From assembly GCA_001600815.1 (NCBI GenBank), contig BCKZ01000023.1:310001-333041 (forward strand): DNA of 23,041 nt, given 5' to 3'. The notes under the pieces are model-generated. The model had not been told where the DNA came from, ran no database searches, and saw only the letters and a program-made list of their open reading frames with translations. The position numbers were made by a program, and so were the translations under genes. This DNA comes from Alloascoidea hylecoeti (Eukaryota). The stretch's first letter is position 1; every line of letters starts with the position of its first letter. This document shows, one piece after another, positions 1-11,340 of this stretch.

Positions 1-203
1 ACGTACCAGACAAGAGGCACAATCGCCATGGTCTAAATACGTTTAGTGGTAATACCTTTACCTTATATATTACATTCTTCAATAATACCCATATGTTTAT
101 CGGAGAAGAAAATCGACTTTGCATAAAATTATAACCCCATATGTACAAATATTAACTTAGAGACAATTGCATCTTAAAGAAAAAATGAAAAAAGAGGAAA
201 TAG

Positions 204-2471
204 TCACCACCTGCCGAATCCTTCTGTTTCTTGAACAGCCAATTCTAGTTTATCGCATAATTCTTTATAACTTGAATATGAAGGCAAAACTAGTGTATTA
301 AAACAAACATGACTTCTTGGAAGTTCTCGTACTTTTGAAGTTTTTTGTATAGTAAATTTATGATGTCCTTTACCAGCCGGTAAGTCTTTAAATCCAGTAA
401 CAGGCAAACGAGTACTGCCAGTGGTAAATTGTAATACTTTAGCCCTTTGTTCCATATTCCATGATTCCATACACATCCAAAACCATCTATAGACATCATC
501 TGTTTCTTTATACTTATATAATATAGTATTCTCCTTCCAATCAATAATATCTATTTCCGCAGTACCACATATGATATATTCTAATTGTGGTCCGTTTACA
601 CTATTAAGTGCGCTCTCTGGAATGACTTCATGAAACCCTTTAAGAAGTTGTTTAGTAAAGTTATGACATATTTTAGTTAATTTCCATTCAGTCATTAATT
701 CAACATATAGATCTTTATTTTTGTTTGTGACTAGAACATTACGACCATTATCAATCAAATCAATTATTTTTGATTTTCCTGATTTCATTTTATCAACTGA
801 AAAATTCAATTCCAGGTCTTCAACATCATCATTGTTTAAAATATACATCAAACTATTATAAAATTGAATATCATTTATTTTTAAATCGCTAATAGAAACA
901 GGAGCACCAGCCAATTGTTTATAAAGAGATTCAACAAATGAAACATTTAAATAGTTATGATGAAACATACATAATCCAATTATTCTACCAACAAATCTAA
1001 AATGTGAAAGTCTATCAATTTCAGTAAATTTATTACCTGGATCTGGATTAATTTGTAATCTATAATTTTCACTTGATGCATATTCAAATAATCCAAAATC
1101 TGGATTAAATATAACTTGTGATATAGAATGGAAAAAATCTTTTGAAACACCACCAATATCAACACCGTTTTCACCTGCAAATGTTAGTTGTAATTTTCGT
1201 TTTCGTAGTTTTTTAGGTGGTAATGACATAAGACTAGCATATGAAGTTTCAAATATTTGATCTCTTGATACATCTATTACACAACGACCTCTAGGGAATT
1301 TTAAAATTTTCTGAGATCGAAATATTTTTTCATTTGATGTAAAGTCTTCTTTATCAGCATCAGCAATGGCAGAAATATGTAATTTTGATTGACTTTCTCT
1401 TGGTTCGATGAATTCATGATCTTCAGAACGAATTATTTGTGGAGTTGAAGATCTGTTTTGACTTGATTGAGAGGCTAGGGATTCTGGTTGTGATTGTGAT
1501 TGTGACTGTGATTGTGATTGTGGTAATGAAGATCCAGCTGTTGCATATGAGGACTCTTCTGAATCATTTCTAAGAGGTATGATTTCACTGGAGGTACTAT
1601 TAGAATTGTTTAGTGATTCAAAAGGATTCATAAAGTTCGAGTCAATTGAGGATGAAAGAGATATGTTAAATTCTGTATCATTTACTGAATGTTGATTCTC
1701 ATTCGAAGAATCTAAACTTGTAGTATGATTTGTTATTGAAATAGGTGGTTGATTATCCACTAATGTACCATCTATAGTAGATTTGCTTTTAATATAGATT
1801 GTTATCCCTCCTGATACTTTTGTACCCTTAATAATTGGTTTTAAATATTCTTGTAATGTTACTGTCCACAAAAAAAAAAAGTGATTGTTAGAATTGTTTT
1901 AAGAAGTAAGAATGGGTTGATAAACAAAGCCTTACATTCATTATCATGGTTCATTTCTAACATGACTGCGATGGTATCTGGTAAAGATATCCCCCCCAAA
2001 GAACCATGGTATTTCTTGTTTTTCCTATCAAAATCTGCAACAAAGAAGAAAATACGACTGTTTTCATCTATTTCACTATAAAAGTGTATAATAAGTTAGA
2101 TTTTAAATGTTCCATAGCTTCCCCATGTCTTAATTAATTAAAGTACTGACGCTTCAAATTCCTCATCCCAATACGCATCCCTTGCATTCTTACAAACAGT
2201 AGTTGCAAAAGTTTGAGATTCATCTAAGTTTTTTAGATTCTTGATTACTGCGAATACTTTGGGACTCGGAGGTTCTATTGTTAAAAAAAAATTAGTGTCA
2301 TTTCTAGGAGGATCAGTAGACGTCATTTACTTACTAAACCATTTTGCTGAAAGTCCCTCTACCGCCACAACTGTAAAACCATTAACATGTCAGTAAAAAA
2401 CAGCTCATTTTTATTTGACTATTAATTATTAATGATGAAGATGAAAACTGACCTCTTATCAATATTTTCAT
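204..2471 (-). CDS. Rsp5/NEDD4-family HECT E3 ubiquitin ligase paralog (C2 + Ser/Gln-rich linker + HECT, no WW domains); 5 exons, 658 aa
   Basis: Manual splicing: exons 2471-2453, 2370-2335, 2274-2151, 2075-1936, 1861-204 total 1977 nt, in frame. Introns of 82, 60, 75 and 74 nt have donors GTCAGT, GTAAGT, GTCAGT, GTAAGG, CTRAY-type branch points and YAG acceptors. The N-terminus MKILIRVVAVEGL...VFAVI...AYWDEEF...HGSLGGI resembles the Rsp5 C2 domain. HECT motifs: FAGENGVDIGGVSKDFF, QFTTGSTRLP, catalytic LPRSHVCFNTLVLP, end ETEGFG. Confidence 0.9.
1489..1522 (-). repeat. Coding hexamer repeat (TGATTG/TGACTG) encoding a (QS)n tract
   Basis: Tandem hexamers are visible and translate as PQSQSQSQSQSQP in the HECT ligase linker. 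Confidence 0.85.
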
Positions 2472-2704
2472 TTTATTGTGAAAAATGATGAAGATTGAAG
2501 ATATCGATGCCGAAGCTTATAATGTATATCTGTGAATGTTTGGGTGTTATATTTGGAGTAAATTGCTTGCTATAAAAAAAAAAAAAAAAAAAATTTAAAA
2601 AATTCCCTCTCTTTTCAATGATGAGAAAGTAATGAGATTTAACTAAGGTCAACTTCTATATCTATCTATATAATCTAGCTAATGGCACTTCTATATTTAT
2701 ATAA

Positions 2705-3850
2705 TCAGAGAAATTCTTTACCGACCTGTTCCAACGCATTTGTCAGATCTTTAATCAAGTCCTCAACATTTTCAATCCCAACTGAAAATCGTAGCAAGTC
2801 ATGCTCCACAGTTGGATCAGACATTGCTCTCCATTCAACAAGTGATTCTACTCCTCCCAACGAAGTAGCATGATGAAATAATCTCAATTTCGAAGGAAGA
2901 TGTTTAGCCGCTTTCTTTGATTTCAATTTAATAGAAAATACTGGACCATAACCAATTGGTAGTTGCTTTTTAACGAATTCTTCAGTTTGTAATGAAGAAT
3001 GGTAAATTTCATCTATAATTGGTAATTTTTTAACATTGTTTTTTAAATATGAAACGACTTGAGTAGCATTAGAAGATTGAGTTTTAATTCTTATTTCAAA
3101 TGTTCGTAATGATCTTAAAAGAAAATGAGATTCTAAATTTCCAGTAATTGTACCCAATAGTAATCTCTGTTCAAATAATTTCTTTTTGATGGATAAATCC
3201 TTAGTGACCAATATACCAGCCAATAAATCAGAATGACCTCCAAAATACTTGGTAGCTGAATGCATAACCATATCCGCACCAAACAAGAAAGGGTCTTGTA
3301 GTGGTGGCGGAGCAAAAGTAGCATCGACCAACAAGTATGCACCTCTTCTATGAGCTTTATCAGCATAATGCTGGATATCAAAAGAGATCCCTGTTGGGTT
3401 GACTGGAGTTTCCAAATGAACAATATCTCCAGGTTGCAATTCCTCTTCCGGCGCATCTAATGGGATTTGTTTCAATCCATAGTTTTTGGTCAGAATATTC
3501 AATATTCCGTGGCATCCATGATAACCATCACCAATTGCTACGGTTTTTGGACTAAAATAAGTCATCGCAGCATAGAAAGAAGACAATCCAGATGAGTAAG
3601 CAATGACATGGGATCCTTCACCAAACACAGCCTCCAGGACTTTTTCAACTCTTTCTGTATTCGGGTGAGAAAAACGGGAGTAAATGAAACGATCCGAGAA
3701 ATCTTTTTTATCACAAGCAGGAACCAAATCATTAGGATCGTCAGGATATTTGTATGTTGTAGATACATCAATTGGAGATGCAATGTCAATGACTCGTGCA
3801 AGGGAGTCATCAGCATGGATTAAAAGAGAATTGAGGCCAAGATCACTCAT
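2705..3850 (-). CDS. Cys/Met metabolism PLP-dependent enzyme (cystathionine gamma-synthase/beta-lyase family), S. cerevisiae YHR112C-like; 381 aa
   Basis: Motifs YSRFSHPN, SSGLS, ETPVNP, VDATF, PLP-lysine motif HSATKYFGGHSD and HATSLGGVESLVEWR. The first ATG is at 3850 (MSDL); the ORF-track start at 3925 is a GTG. Confidence 0.93.
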   Translation of the reverse strand: MSDLGLNSLLIHADDSLARVIDIASPIDVSTTYKYPDDPNDLVPACDKKDFSDRFIYSRFSHPNTERVEKVLEAVFGEGSHVIAYSSGLSSFYAAMTYFSPKTVAIGDGYHGCHGILNILTKNYGLKQIPLDAPEEELQPGDIVHLETPVNPTGISFDIQHYADKAHRRGAYLLVDATFAPPPLQDPFLFGADMVMHSATKYFGGHSDLLAGILVTKDLSIKKKLFEQRLLLGTITGNLESHFLLRSLRTFEIRIKTQSSNATQVVSYLKNNVKKLPIIDEIYHSSLQTEEFVKKQLPIGYGPVFSIKLKSKKAAKHLPSKLRLFHHATSLGGVESLVEWRAMSDPTVEHDLLRFSVGIENVEDLIKDLTNALEQVGKEFL

Positions 3851-4415
3851 GATTGATATATTCAAAAAGTTTGGAAATTTAAATTGTAATTGTTGTGATA
3901 GCTTTTCATTGTAAATATGATTCACATTAAATCATCATAATAATAATAATATCAATTTGGCAATTTCACATGATAAACTATTACTAATGTATGGTTATTC
4001 CACTTAATTTCGGCTATTTGGTAACTAAATATTCGACTCATTTAAACTATTATACCATGATTATTATCGTAGTCCCAAATCCGAGTGAAAACATACAAAA
4101 CTTAAGGGATATACTGTTTAAAGTTTTGAAGATCATACTTTACACCAAGAATGTCTGAGGGGATCGAAAACAAAACAATTAATAATTCAACCAAGTTGAG
4201 GAATTATTTGCTTATAGTTCCAATGGGAATTTTACTTGGATACTGAATTCTGTATTCAAAATTGTACTTGATCACGTGCCAATGTATTTATCATCTCAAG
4301 AACGAATACTTAGTTCAAGAAATGCTGAACATTTATTCATACAATTGCCGAAATTAAATATACTGACCGTGTGTGAACTTAATTGTTTTTATTCCACCAC
4401 CACTTTTCATCAGAA

Positions 4416-5765
4416 ATGTCAGAAATACCCAAAACAACAGAAACCGACACAGATTTTTTTTCACTATATGATCCGAAAACACTATACTTGCTGAAGAAGA
4501 AAAAGAAAAAGGATCAAAAAAAAAAGTATGTTTGATAAGATTCCCTAGTAAGTTAATTTTTTACTAATTCTGTTTCTTTAAATAGAAAGCATAAACATCC
4601 AAAATTATCTACAAAGTTATCTGTTAAATCTGAAACAGAAGGAACTTCAAATGATATCGAAATAATAAATAATAAAGAAAGCACAACGTCTGTTTTGAAT
4701 GCCTCGGCCCGGGTTAAAGTTGATGATGATGATTTAATAGTACTTGATTCTGATTCAAAACGTAAAAGCAAAAGCGAAAACAAAAGCGAAAACAAAAGCA
4801 AAAGCCCCGATTTAGATCAAAGTCTCGAACAAGAACTTGGGTTAACTCCATCTCCTGATGAAAATGATGAACCAAAAATCGATCTAGAACAAATTCGTCG
4901 AGAAATTAGAGAAAAGGCTCTAATATATGAAACTGATATGGAGGTTCAAAGAATGAAACTTCGTCAACAAAATCCAATATCAGCCTCACGGTATGATCAT
5001 GTTACTAAAAAACAAAAAGTATCCAAGAGTAAATCACCAACTGAAGAAGTTCCAATTTATCATACACTTATTGAGTCACAAGTTCCTTTCTCTTTTGGTA
5101 TAATTTATAATATTAAAATCAAAGCAAATCAAGAATTTAGTCGAATATTAAAAGGTTGGTTAAAACAAATTCAACATGATTTAACGTGTGAGGTTACAAA
5201 AGAAGAATTTTTACGTTTATATAATATAAATAATTTATGTCTTGTTTGGCAAAATACTGAAATTTTACCTTATGTTACACCTGCTTCATTGAAAATTGAT
5301 GATGGATTTGGTGATGTGAAATTAATTATTATGACTAGAGATGAATTTCATCGCCAAGATAATCAAAGACGTCAGGATGAAGAAAGAGAAAGAGAACTTA
5401 GAGAACTTGAAGATGAAGCTGAAACGTATACGCCTCCAGCTCGGAAAAAATCCATTGAAATAGCTTCTTCACCAACAAATAAGGATGGAACTACTAATTT
5501 ACCAAGAAATTCTTCGAATGATGAAGAACATGATGATTATTTTAGAGTAGTAATGAAAGGTAAAGATAATGACCCAATAGCAGTTCAAGTTAATCCAGAA
5601 ACCGTTATTTCAAAATTGGAAAATTATTATAAACAAAAGAAAAATATTCCTGCAAATATTAAAATTACTCTTTTATTTGATGATGATAAGCTGGAATCAA
5701 ATCAAAAAGTTGGTGATACTGAACTTGAAAATGATTTTACCATTGATGTTATAGTTGGTAAATAA
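4416..5765 (+). CDS. ESC2: Esc2/Rad60 (RENi) family SUMO-like domain protein; 2 exons, 429 aa
   Basis: join(4416..4525,4586..5765); 60-nt intron GTATGT...TACTAAT...TAG, in frame with the track ORF. It has an acidic/basic N-terminus, a SIM-like DDDDLIVLDSD and a C-terminal SUMO-like domain FRVVMKGKDN...LLFDDDKL...ELENDFTIDVIV. Confidence 0.82.
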
Positions 5766-6228
5766 AATGAAAAATAAGCTAAAATATTAAAAAAATTAAA
5801 AGTAGGAGTTATATAGGGAGGAAGAAAATTAAATCAAATTTAAATAGTTGAACAATGAAAAAGAATAATAATTTGTAACATCTTCTGGATATGTTTCTTA
5901 TATTTGGAGCTTTAATAATTTATCATACTTTTGAATATCCAGGATCCCTTAAATTTGTCGTGATGATTTTTGTTATTTATCTTCAATTTTATGATATAAG
6001 TTTATAGCTGAGTATTATTAGGAATTACAAATATCTGTATACATAACACTATTAATAAATTTATCTTGTTTAATATTTAATTTCATATGTTCTTAAAAAA
6101 AAATCAAACGTTTAACACGTGACTACTCTATTTGGTGTCAGTTTTCAACATACAATTTCTTTAAAGTTTATCATATAATAACAATTATCATCTTTTGCCA
6201 TTATTCATTAGACATTCAGTACTATATT

Positions 6229-7347
6229 ATGCTTTTATGGTCAATAGGTGCTTTTAATCTCTTTGCATTACTTCTTTTTATATCGGGAACAAGTGCTGGT
6301 GTTCCGGCAATTTTTCTATCTCATCGATTGTAAGTTTTTTTGTCATTCAATAACTATTTAGAGAAAAACAATTTTCAAATAGAGCGGGAGAATTTAAAAC
6401 TAATCTCTCTAAATTTTAGAGTCCCTGCTTTTCAACGACATATACCGGATCCAAAACCAAAACATTTTCCCCTTGGAACTCTTCAAACTTTAACACGTCG
6501 TCTAATTGCACCATGCTCTTCAAATGCTTATCTTTTAGTAAATCAACCTGGATTAAGACTCTCTGATCTAGATGATCTTAATTTACGTGAGAAGCGCGAT
6601 ATATTTACAAATTTCAGAGGTTATTTGGACCATGCTTCTACTAAATTAACCATTCCTAATATTGAAGATGATGGATTACTTGATTTTAAATCACTTGAAA
6701 AATATATCATTAGAAATTGTCAAGCTGAATTTGTACTAGTGGAAGAGGATCCTGATCATCTCCAAGATTACTTAGATACTAGGAAAAGAGTTATTAGAGT
6801 TAATCTACCTGAACTGCCTGAAAATGAATACCTACGAAAAGAAATCTTAAAAGAAAATGATGAATTATTACGAGATGTTATTCGAAAGATTCCAACTCCG
6901 TATCATAGCATCTACTATACTTCATTATCCCCTTCTACAGAATTTGAAGACATAAAATGGAATATCTCTCCATCAGATTCAGAAATTCCTAATCATATTT
7001 TTTCTGATATTACTGGTACAAAAGCATCCCGTTTAGAAATTGAAAAAAATAAACACGAAAGTAATGAGGAACAAAAACCTTATTTCCCTCCCCGTAGAAC
7101 TCATCTATTAAAACATGAAGAAAGTCCAACATTATTTGATAGAAAGTTAATTATGGAAAATGGTAATGTTATTGTTGGGATTTTCACGATGGGGATTATT
7201 GTAATTAGTTATCATATTACGAAAAAATTAAATATAATTACCAGTACTGTAAAGAAAGATATTCTAACGCAAGACAATGACGATAAAGAAGTTGAGGATA
7301 CTGAAAATAATAATGATACTGAAAAAGAAGAATACAAAGACAGATAA
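6229..7347 (+). CDS. BIG1: Big1-like ER membrane protein (beta-1,6-glucan synthesis); 2 exons, 342 aa
   Basis: join(6229..6329,6420..7347); 90-nt intron GTAAGT...ACTAAT...TAG. Exon 1 encodes a signal peptide plus VPAIFLSHRL. The motif CSSNAYLLVNQPGL matches Big1 (C..D.Y.F.NQPGL), and there is a C-terminal TM helix VIVGIFTMGIIVISY. Confidence 0.85.
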
Positions 7348-7670
7348 TGTATTTAGAGATCTTATATAGGAACACATAATATTATTGTCAGTTATATGTG
7401 AGGCAGTATGATTGATGATGTTAAAGAAATATAATCCTTAAAAAGCAGAGTAGTTAATTACCACTTATGGTCGATTAATTTTCCACACGTTCGCTATGTT
7501 TCTATTTTTTTCCTTCAAAAATAACACTGTATTAATTTCAATTGTAGAGTTGGAATCTACATTTTGTTAGTACTGCAAGCTGCTACTTTTCCATTTATTC
7601 CATCAACTCAACCAGTTGGAGCTTGGAACCTACAGTAATTAAAAGCAAAGTAACGGGATTCTTCAGAATG

Positions 7671-8225
7671 CATCTCGATTGACTTTTTAATCAAGTGTTG
7701 TGTTTATTTTGGTTGACAACCTTTTCTCCATCATTGCAAGGTGTAATATATCTTATTAATCTTCATCTTCATAAATATCAATTGCAAATAGATATTTACT
7801 TGTGATCTATTGGAACATCATGCATCCGATGGACCACATTATCACAGGGGTAAGTCCATCCTGTTCCAAGTATAACCATAACCTCAGGAGCTTGATTGAA
7901 ATACTTGCTGAGGAGGAGTTCATTCATATTAATCAAACCATGGCTCTTATTGGTTTTGGTCTGTCTATATTTGAGAGATAAGATCATCCTCAGCAGGTAT
8001 TTCAATCAAGCTCCTGAGGTTATGGTTATATTTGGAACAGGATGGACTTACCCCTGTGATAATGTGGTCCATCGGATGCATGATGTTCCAATAGATCATA
8101 AGTAAATATCTATTTGCAATTGATATTTATGAAGATGAAGATTGATAAGATATATTACACCTTGTAATGATGGAGAAAAGGTTGTCAATCAAAATAAACA
8201 CTTGATCAAAAAGTCAATCAAGATG
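7671..8225. repeat. Long inverted repeat (arms 7671-7914 and 7987-8225, 72-bp spacer)
   Basis: Block-by-block comparison of the arms shows 8 substitutions plus one 5-nt indel over ~240 bp. Confidence 0.97.
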
Positions 8226-8450
8226 AATCCAAAAGCTTTTCGAGACTTTTTTTTTTTTGATTATGATCCAACTAAAATAATAGCAATTGGAGTTTAATGA
8301 TGTAGCTGTAGTAATTGTAGTGATTGCTAAAGAGCAAGGGGTAAATGCTGAACAAAACCTTTCAAAAGAGAGGTTCTTCTAGACTGACATATACTATCAC
8401 ATAGTGGATATGATCACAAACGAGAAGCGATAATACGATTATTTATGGAC
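7935..8450 (+). pseudogene. Fragmentary pseudogene of the divergent CLK/LAMMER kinase (subdomain VII towards the C-terminus); part of it is mirrored on the minus strand at 7671-7914
   Basis: Frameshifted pieces are collinear with the 20561-21928 kinase: ALIGFGLSIFE (TLIDFGLAVLE), HPQQV, NQAPEV, GTGWTYPCD, MWSIGCMMFQ, HLVMMEKRLS, FDYDPT, SKERF. It carries stops and indels. Both ends are approximate. Confidence 0.88.
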
Positions 8451-8769
8451 CGCCTTTCTACCTATTAATGGCGCTATTTACGAAAATAATTAGGGAAAGT
8501 CTGAGAGTTACTTCGCTATATTTTTGTAAATTAGAATCGTATTTAGCGATCTGCCTGGATAAGTTGTACTTCTCACTGTTCTCAGACAATTAACTAGTGA
8601 TGTGTGTCAAATATAATATCGACTCTGCTGAAATTAGATTACCCAGACATTTGAAGATTAATTAAAAAGAGAACACAATTAGCATTGTGCCAATATTTTT
8701 CTTTCGTGACTTAAACTTATATAGTAATGGCTTACCCAACTCTAGTTTTTGTACATTCTCAATTTTATC

Positions 8770-9733
8770 ATCCTAGTAGGTACCAGTTGTTGCATCATCA
8801 CCATAATTTGGTTTTAATACCATCGATATCTTATCAATATTACATTTCTTGTAATAGTCCGATAAGATACTTGGGCTGATCATTAACTGGTAAATAGAAG
8901 AACCTCGAGCTCTAATATCTTTTGATCTCAGAAATCATAATTAGACATAAAACCAGTAGTACAGGCACATGAGAAAATTCCAAAATAATGAAGACAACCA
9001 GTAAGACTGCTTAGAACAAAGAATAAGTTATAGAAAATCTTAAGGTTGACAGACGAGAAATAGATTGATAGCAGTCGGAATGAGTGAAGGCAAACGAATG
9101 GCCCACAGACAGCTAAATAATACCCCTATATTGAAAATGTTTTTGAAGTATTTAAACATAGATTTCCCTAATTTAATATAATAACAATCTCAAAGAAGTC
9201 ATAAGCACTTCTAGATTATATCATTATTTCAGTACCTTCCAATAAAGATCATCAGAATTATTCCTAACATGATATACAATATATTTTGCAACAATAAACT
9301 TAAATAAAATTAAACAATGAAATACGCCAACAACTTTAAACTCAATTAACTTTAAATTACTTGCAGTTACTGATTTTCTTGCAATGACTTGATAAACCAT
9401 AGCTAGCGGCGTAGCCGCTGGTGAGATCACAAAAGCTATAGATAAAGGTAGTGATGATTACGTTCAATTTTTTTCTTTATAACTTCGTTAAATAAGATAT
9501 CAAACATTTATACGTGTAATTAGCAGAAGTCATATACATGAATACCACAGGTTATTATTAATGGGGATACAAAGTCAACGTTATTCATTCTCTAAATTCC
9601 ACTTTACTGTGCTCTCAAATGGTGAAATAACTTGAATAGTCACCAATTTAGGAAAACTCTATATACAGATCGAGACATCATCTCTTTTTTATAATGAACT
9701 CCTGCAATTTCACTTCATAATCAATACAGCCAT
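8770..9733 (-). pseudogene. Heavily decayed MFS sugar-porter (Lac12/cellodextrin-permease-like) pseudogene
   Basis: Collinear remnants in different frames: VVFMYMTSANY (TM1-like), KVVGVFHCLILFKFIVAKYIVYHVRNNSDDLYWK (TM5 and loop), LHYFGIFSCACT and ISEI..KDIRARGSSIYQL (post-TM10 SEI..RARG motif). Recognised by eye only; boundaries approximate. Confidence 0.5.
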
Positions 9734-10641
9734 TATTTAATTTCATCCGCCAGACACTAATGTTCGGCCGTGTTGATAAATAATTGCAGGACACTCCTTC
9801 ACTTATTAATCATTTAAAAATTTCAAACTATAAGTTATAGGCCTTACATAAGTCTGAAAACTTACCATAGAGTGTAGAAAAAGTAATAGGTTAAGGGGTG
9901 GCTGATAATCTGTAACGAGAAAGCCGAACATTTAGTGTATCAAATAAACATATATTTAGTTTGGAAAATGCCGAATATACAGCCAACATATGGCCGAAAT
10001 TAAGTGTAGTGGCTATATTTAAACTTTGAATGCGTCACAAATATCAACTAGCATCATTTACAATTTTCAATTCATATCCGACTCATCCCATAAATTAAAT
10101 GACCCATTTGGCCAATAACAAGAAGGCTATAGTAATACAAAATTACAATGAAGAGCTACTCGTGAGATCCCACCAGTAATATGTTAGCATATCATAATCT
10201 ACAATAATCTACTGGGAGTAATTATGATATTGTTTAATTATAGCCAAACTGGCGTAATATGCATATAATAATTATAATATCAAGCCATCTTCTTGATGAT
10301 AATACAATATAATGACCTCATATATTTGTAATGCAGTTGTAAGCTCCAATTGTCTGGTTGAAAGAATAAAATACACATATAAAGTATTTATGATAAATTT
10401 TTATAACTTTTATAGGCCTATATGTATAGTAACATTGTATACCTATATTCTAGACGATAAGTAAAAATCAAAGCTGTAGTTGCTAGGAACATCTACAAGT
10501 TAAACCAAGGAATTATGTATGATTGTATGATGAAGAAGTATAAATAAATACCCTTTAAATATTTAAAAGAGAAGAGCCATACGATCCGCAATATTGTTTG
10601 ATGAGATTGACCAATAAGAAGTTAAGTATTAATAAGCAGTT

Positions 10642-11110
10642 TCATGTTCTTCTTTCTCTTCTGGTGATGACCCCTAAGGTATACTCTAAATCTATTATGG
10701 AATAAAATTAATATTGATGCCTTATTCCATTAACACGCCGTACCAACAGTTGTAGAAGTATAAAGAAACGTACCTGGAACAATTACAACTTCATAGTTAG
10801 ATGTTGTAACCCTTACCAAATTCAATGGATCACCATGGTGCTTGTTGTCTGTAGGTTCAGCGGCATCTATATTATCTGAATCATTTGGCTCAAAACCAAC
10901 CCTGCTCAATTGCTGTGCCTGTAGAACGAGCTGTTTCGCGTGGTTTATGAAAATGAGAAGATCCTTTTCATTGACAGTAGCTGAAAATATCTGTCGATGA
11001 ATAGTAGACAGATCATCAGACGAAAGGACAAAAAGCGCAAGTAGAGGCTTGTTCGAGGAAGATACCAATTCGTTTATCTTAGTCTCGTACGATGGGGTAG
11101 CTACAGACAT
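10642..11110 (-). CDS. Roadblock/LC7-family protein (dynein light chain roadblock-like); 2 exons, 128 aa
   Basis: join(11110..10774, 10691..10642); 82-nt intron GTACGT...TAG. Splicing gives the C-terminus DPLNLVRVTTSNYEVVIVPDLEYTLGVITRR, matching the roadblock pattern D.L..LR.RT...E..I.PD..Y.L.V. Confidence 0.75.
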
Positions 11111-11340
11111 ATTTGGCCCAAAATGCAAAAGGAAGGTGCAACGGTCGGAGGCAAAGTGTATGGGTGTGATCGCCGCTTCATATTCCTTGAAGCAAGATAA
11201 ACTTTAAATATCGGGTGATTTTAGGCTTCGAAACTTACGTTTAAATTTAATAAGGAAAATATATAAGCCACCAAATATCGTGCTTTTTTCTTTCGTTAAA
11301 TATATTTCTTCAAGAACATAAAAATAAACAATATAAAAAT

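Noticed and set aside
2138..2326. 62-aa ORF as a standalone gene
   Set aside because: It is exon 3 of the HECT ligase plus flanking intron sequence.
290..4801. Short track ORFs overlapping the HECT, YHR112C-like and ESC2 genes (290-544, 980-1180, 1881-2081, 2682-2873, 3133-3456, 3562-3816, 3608-3823, 3684-3914, 4276-4494, 4553-4801)
   Set aside because: Alternative-frame or antisense shadows of real genes, with no motifs.
7796..8105. Two 69-aa ORFs as functional peptides
   Set aside because: They are by-products of the inverted repeat: non-ATG starts and a frameshift right after YPCD relative to the kinase.
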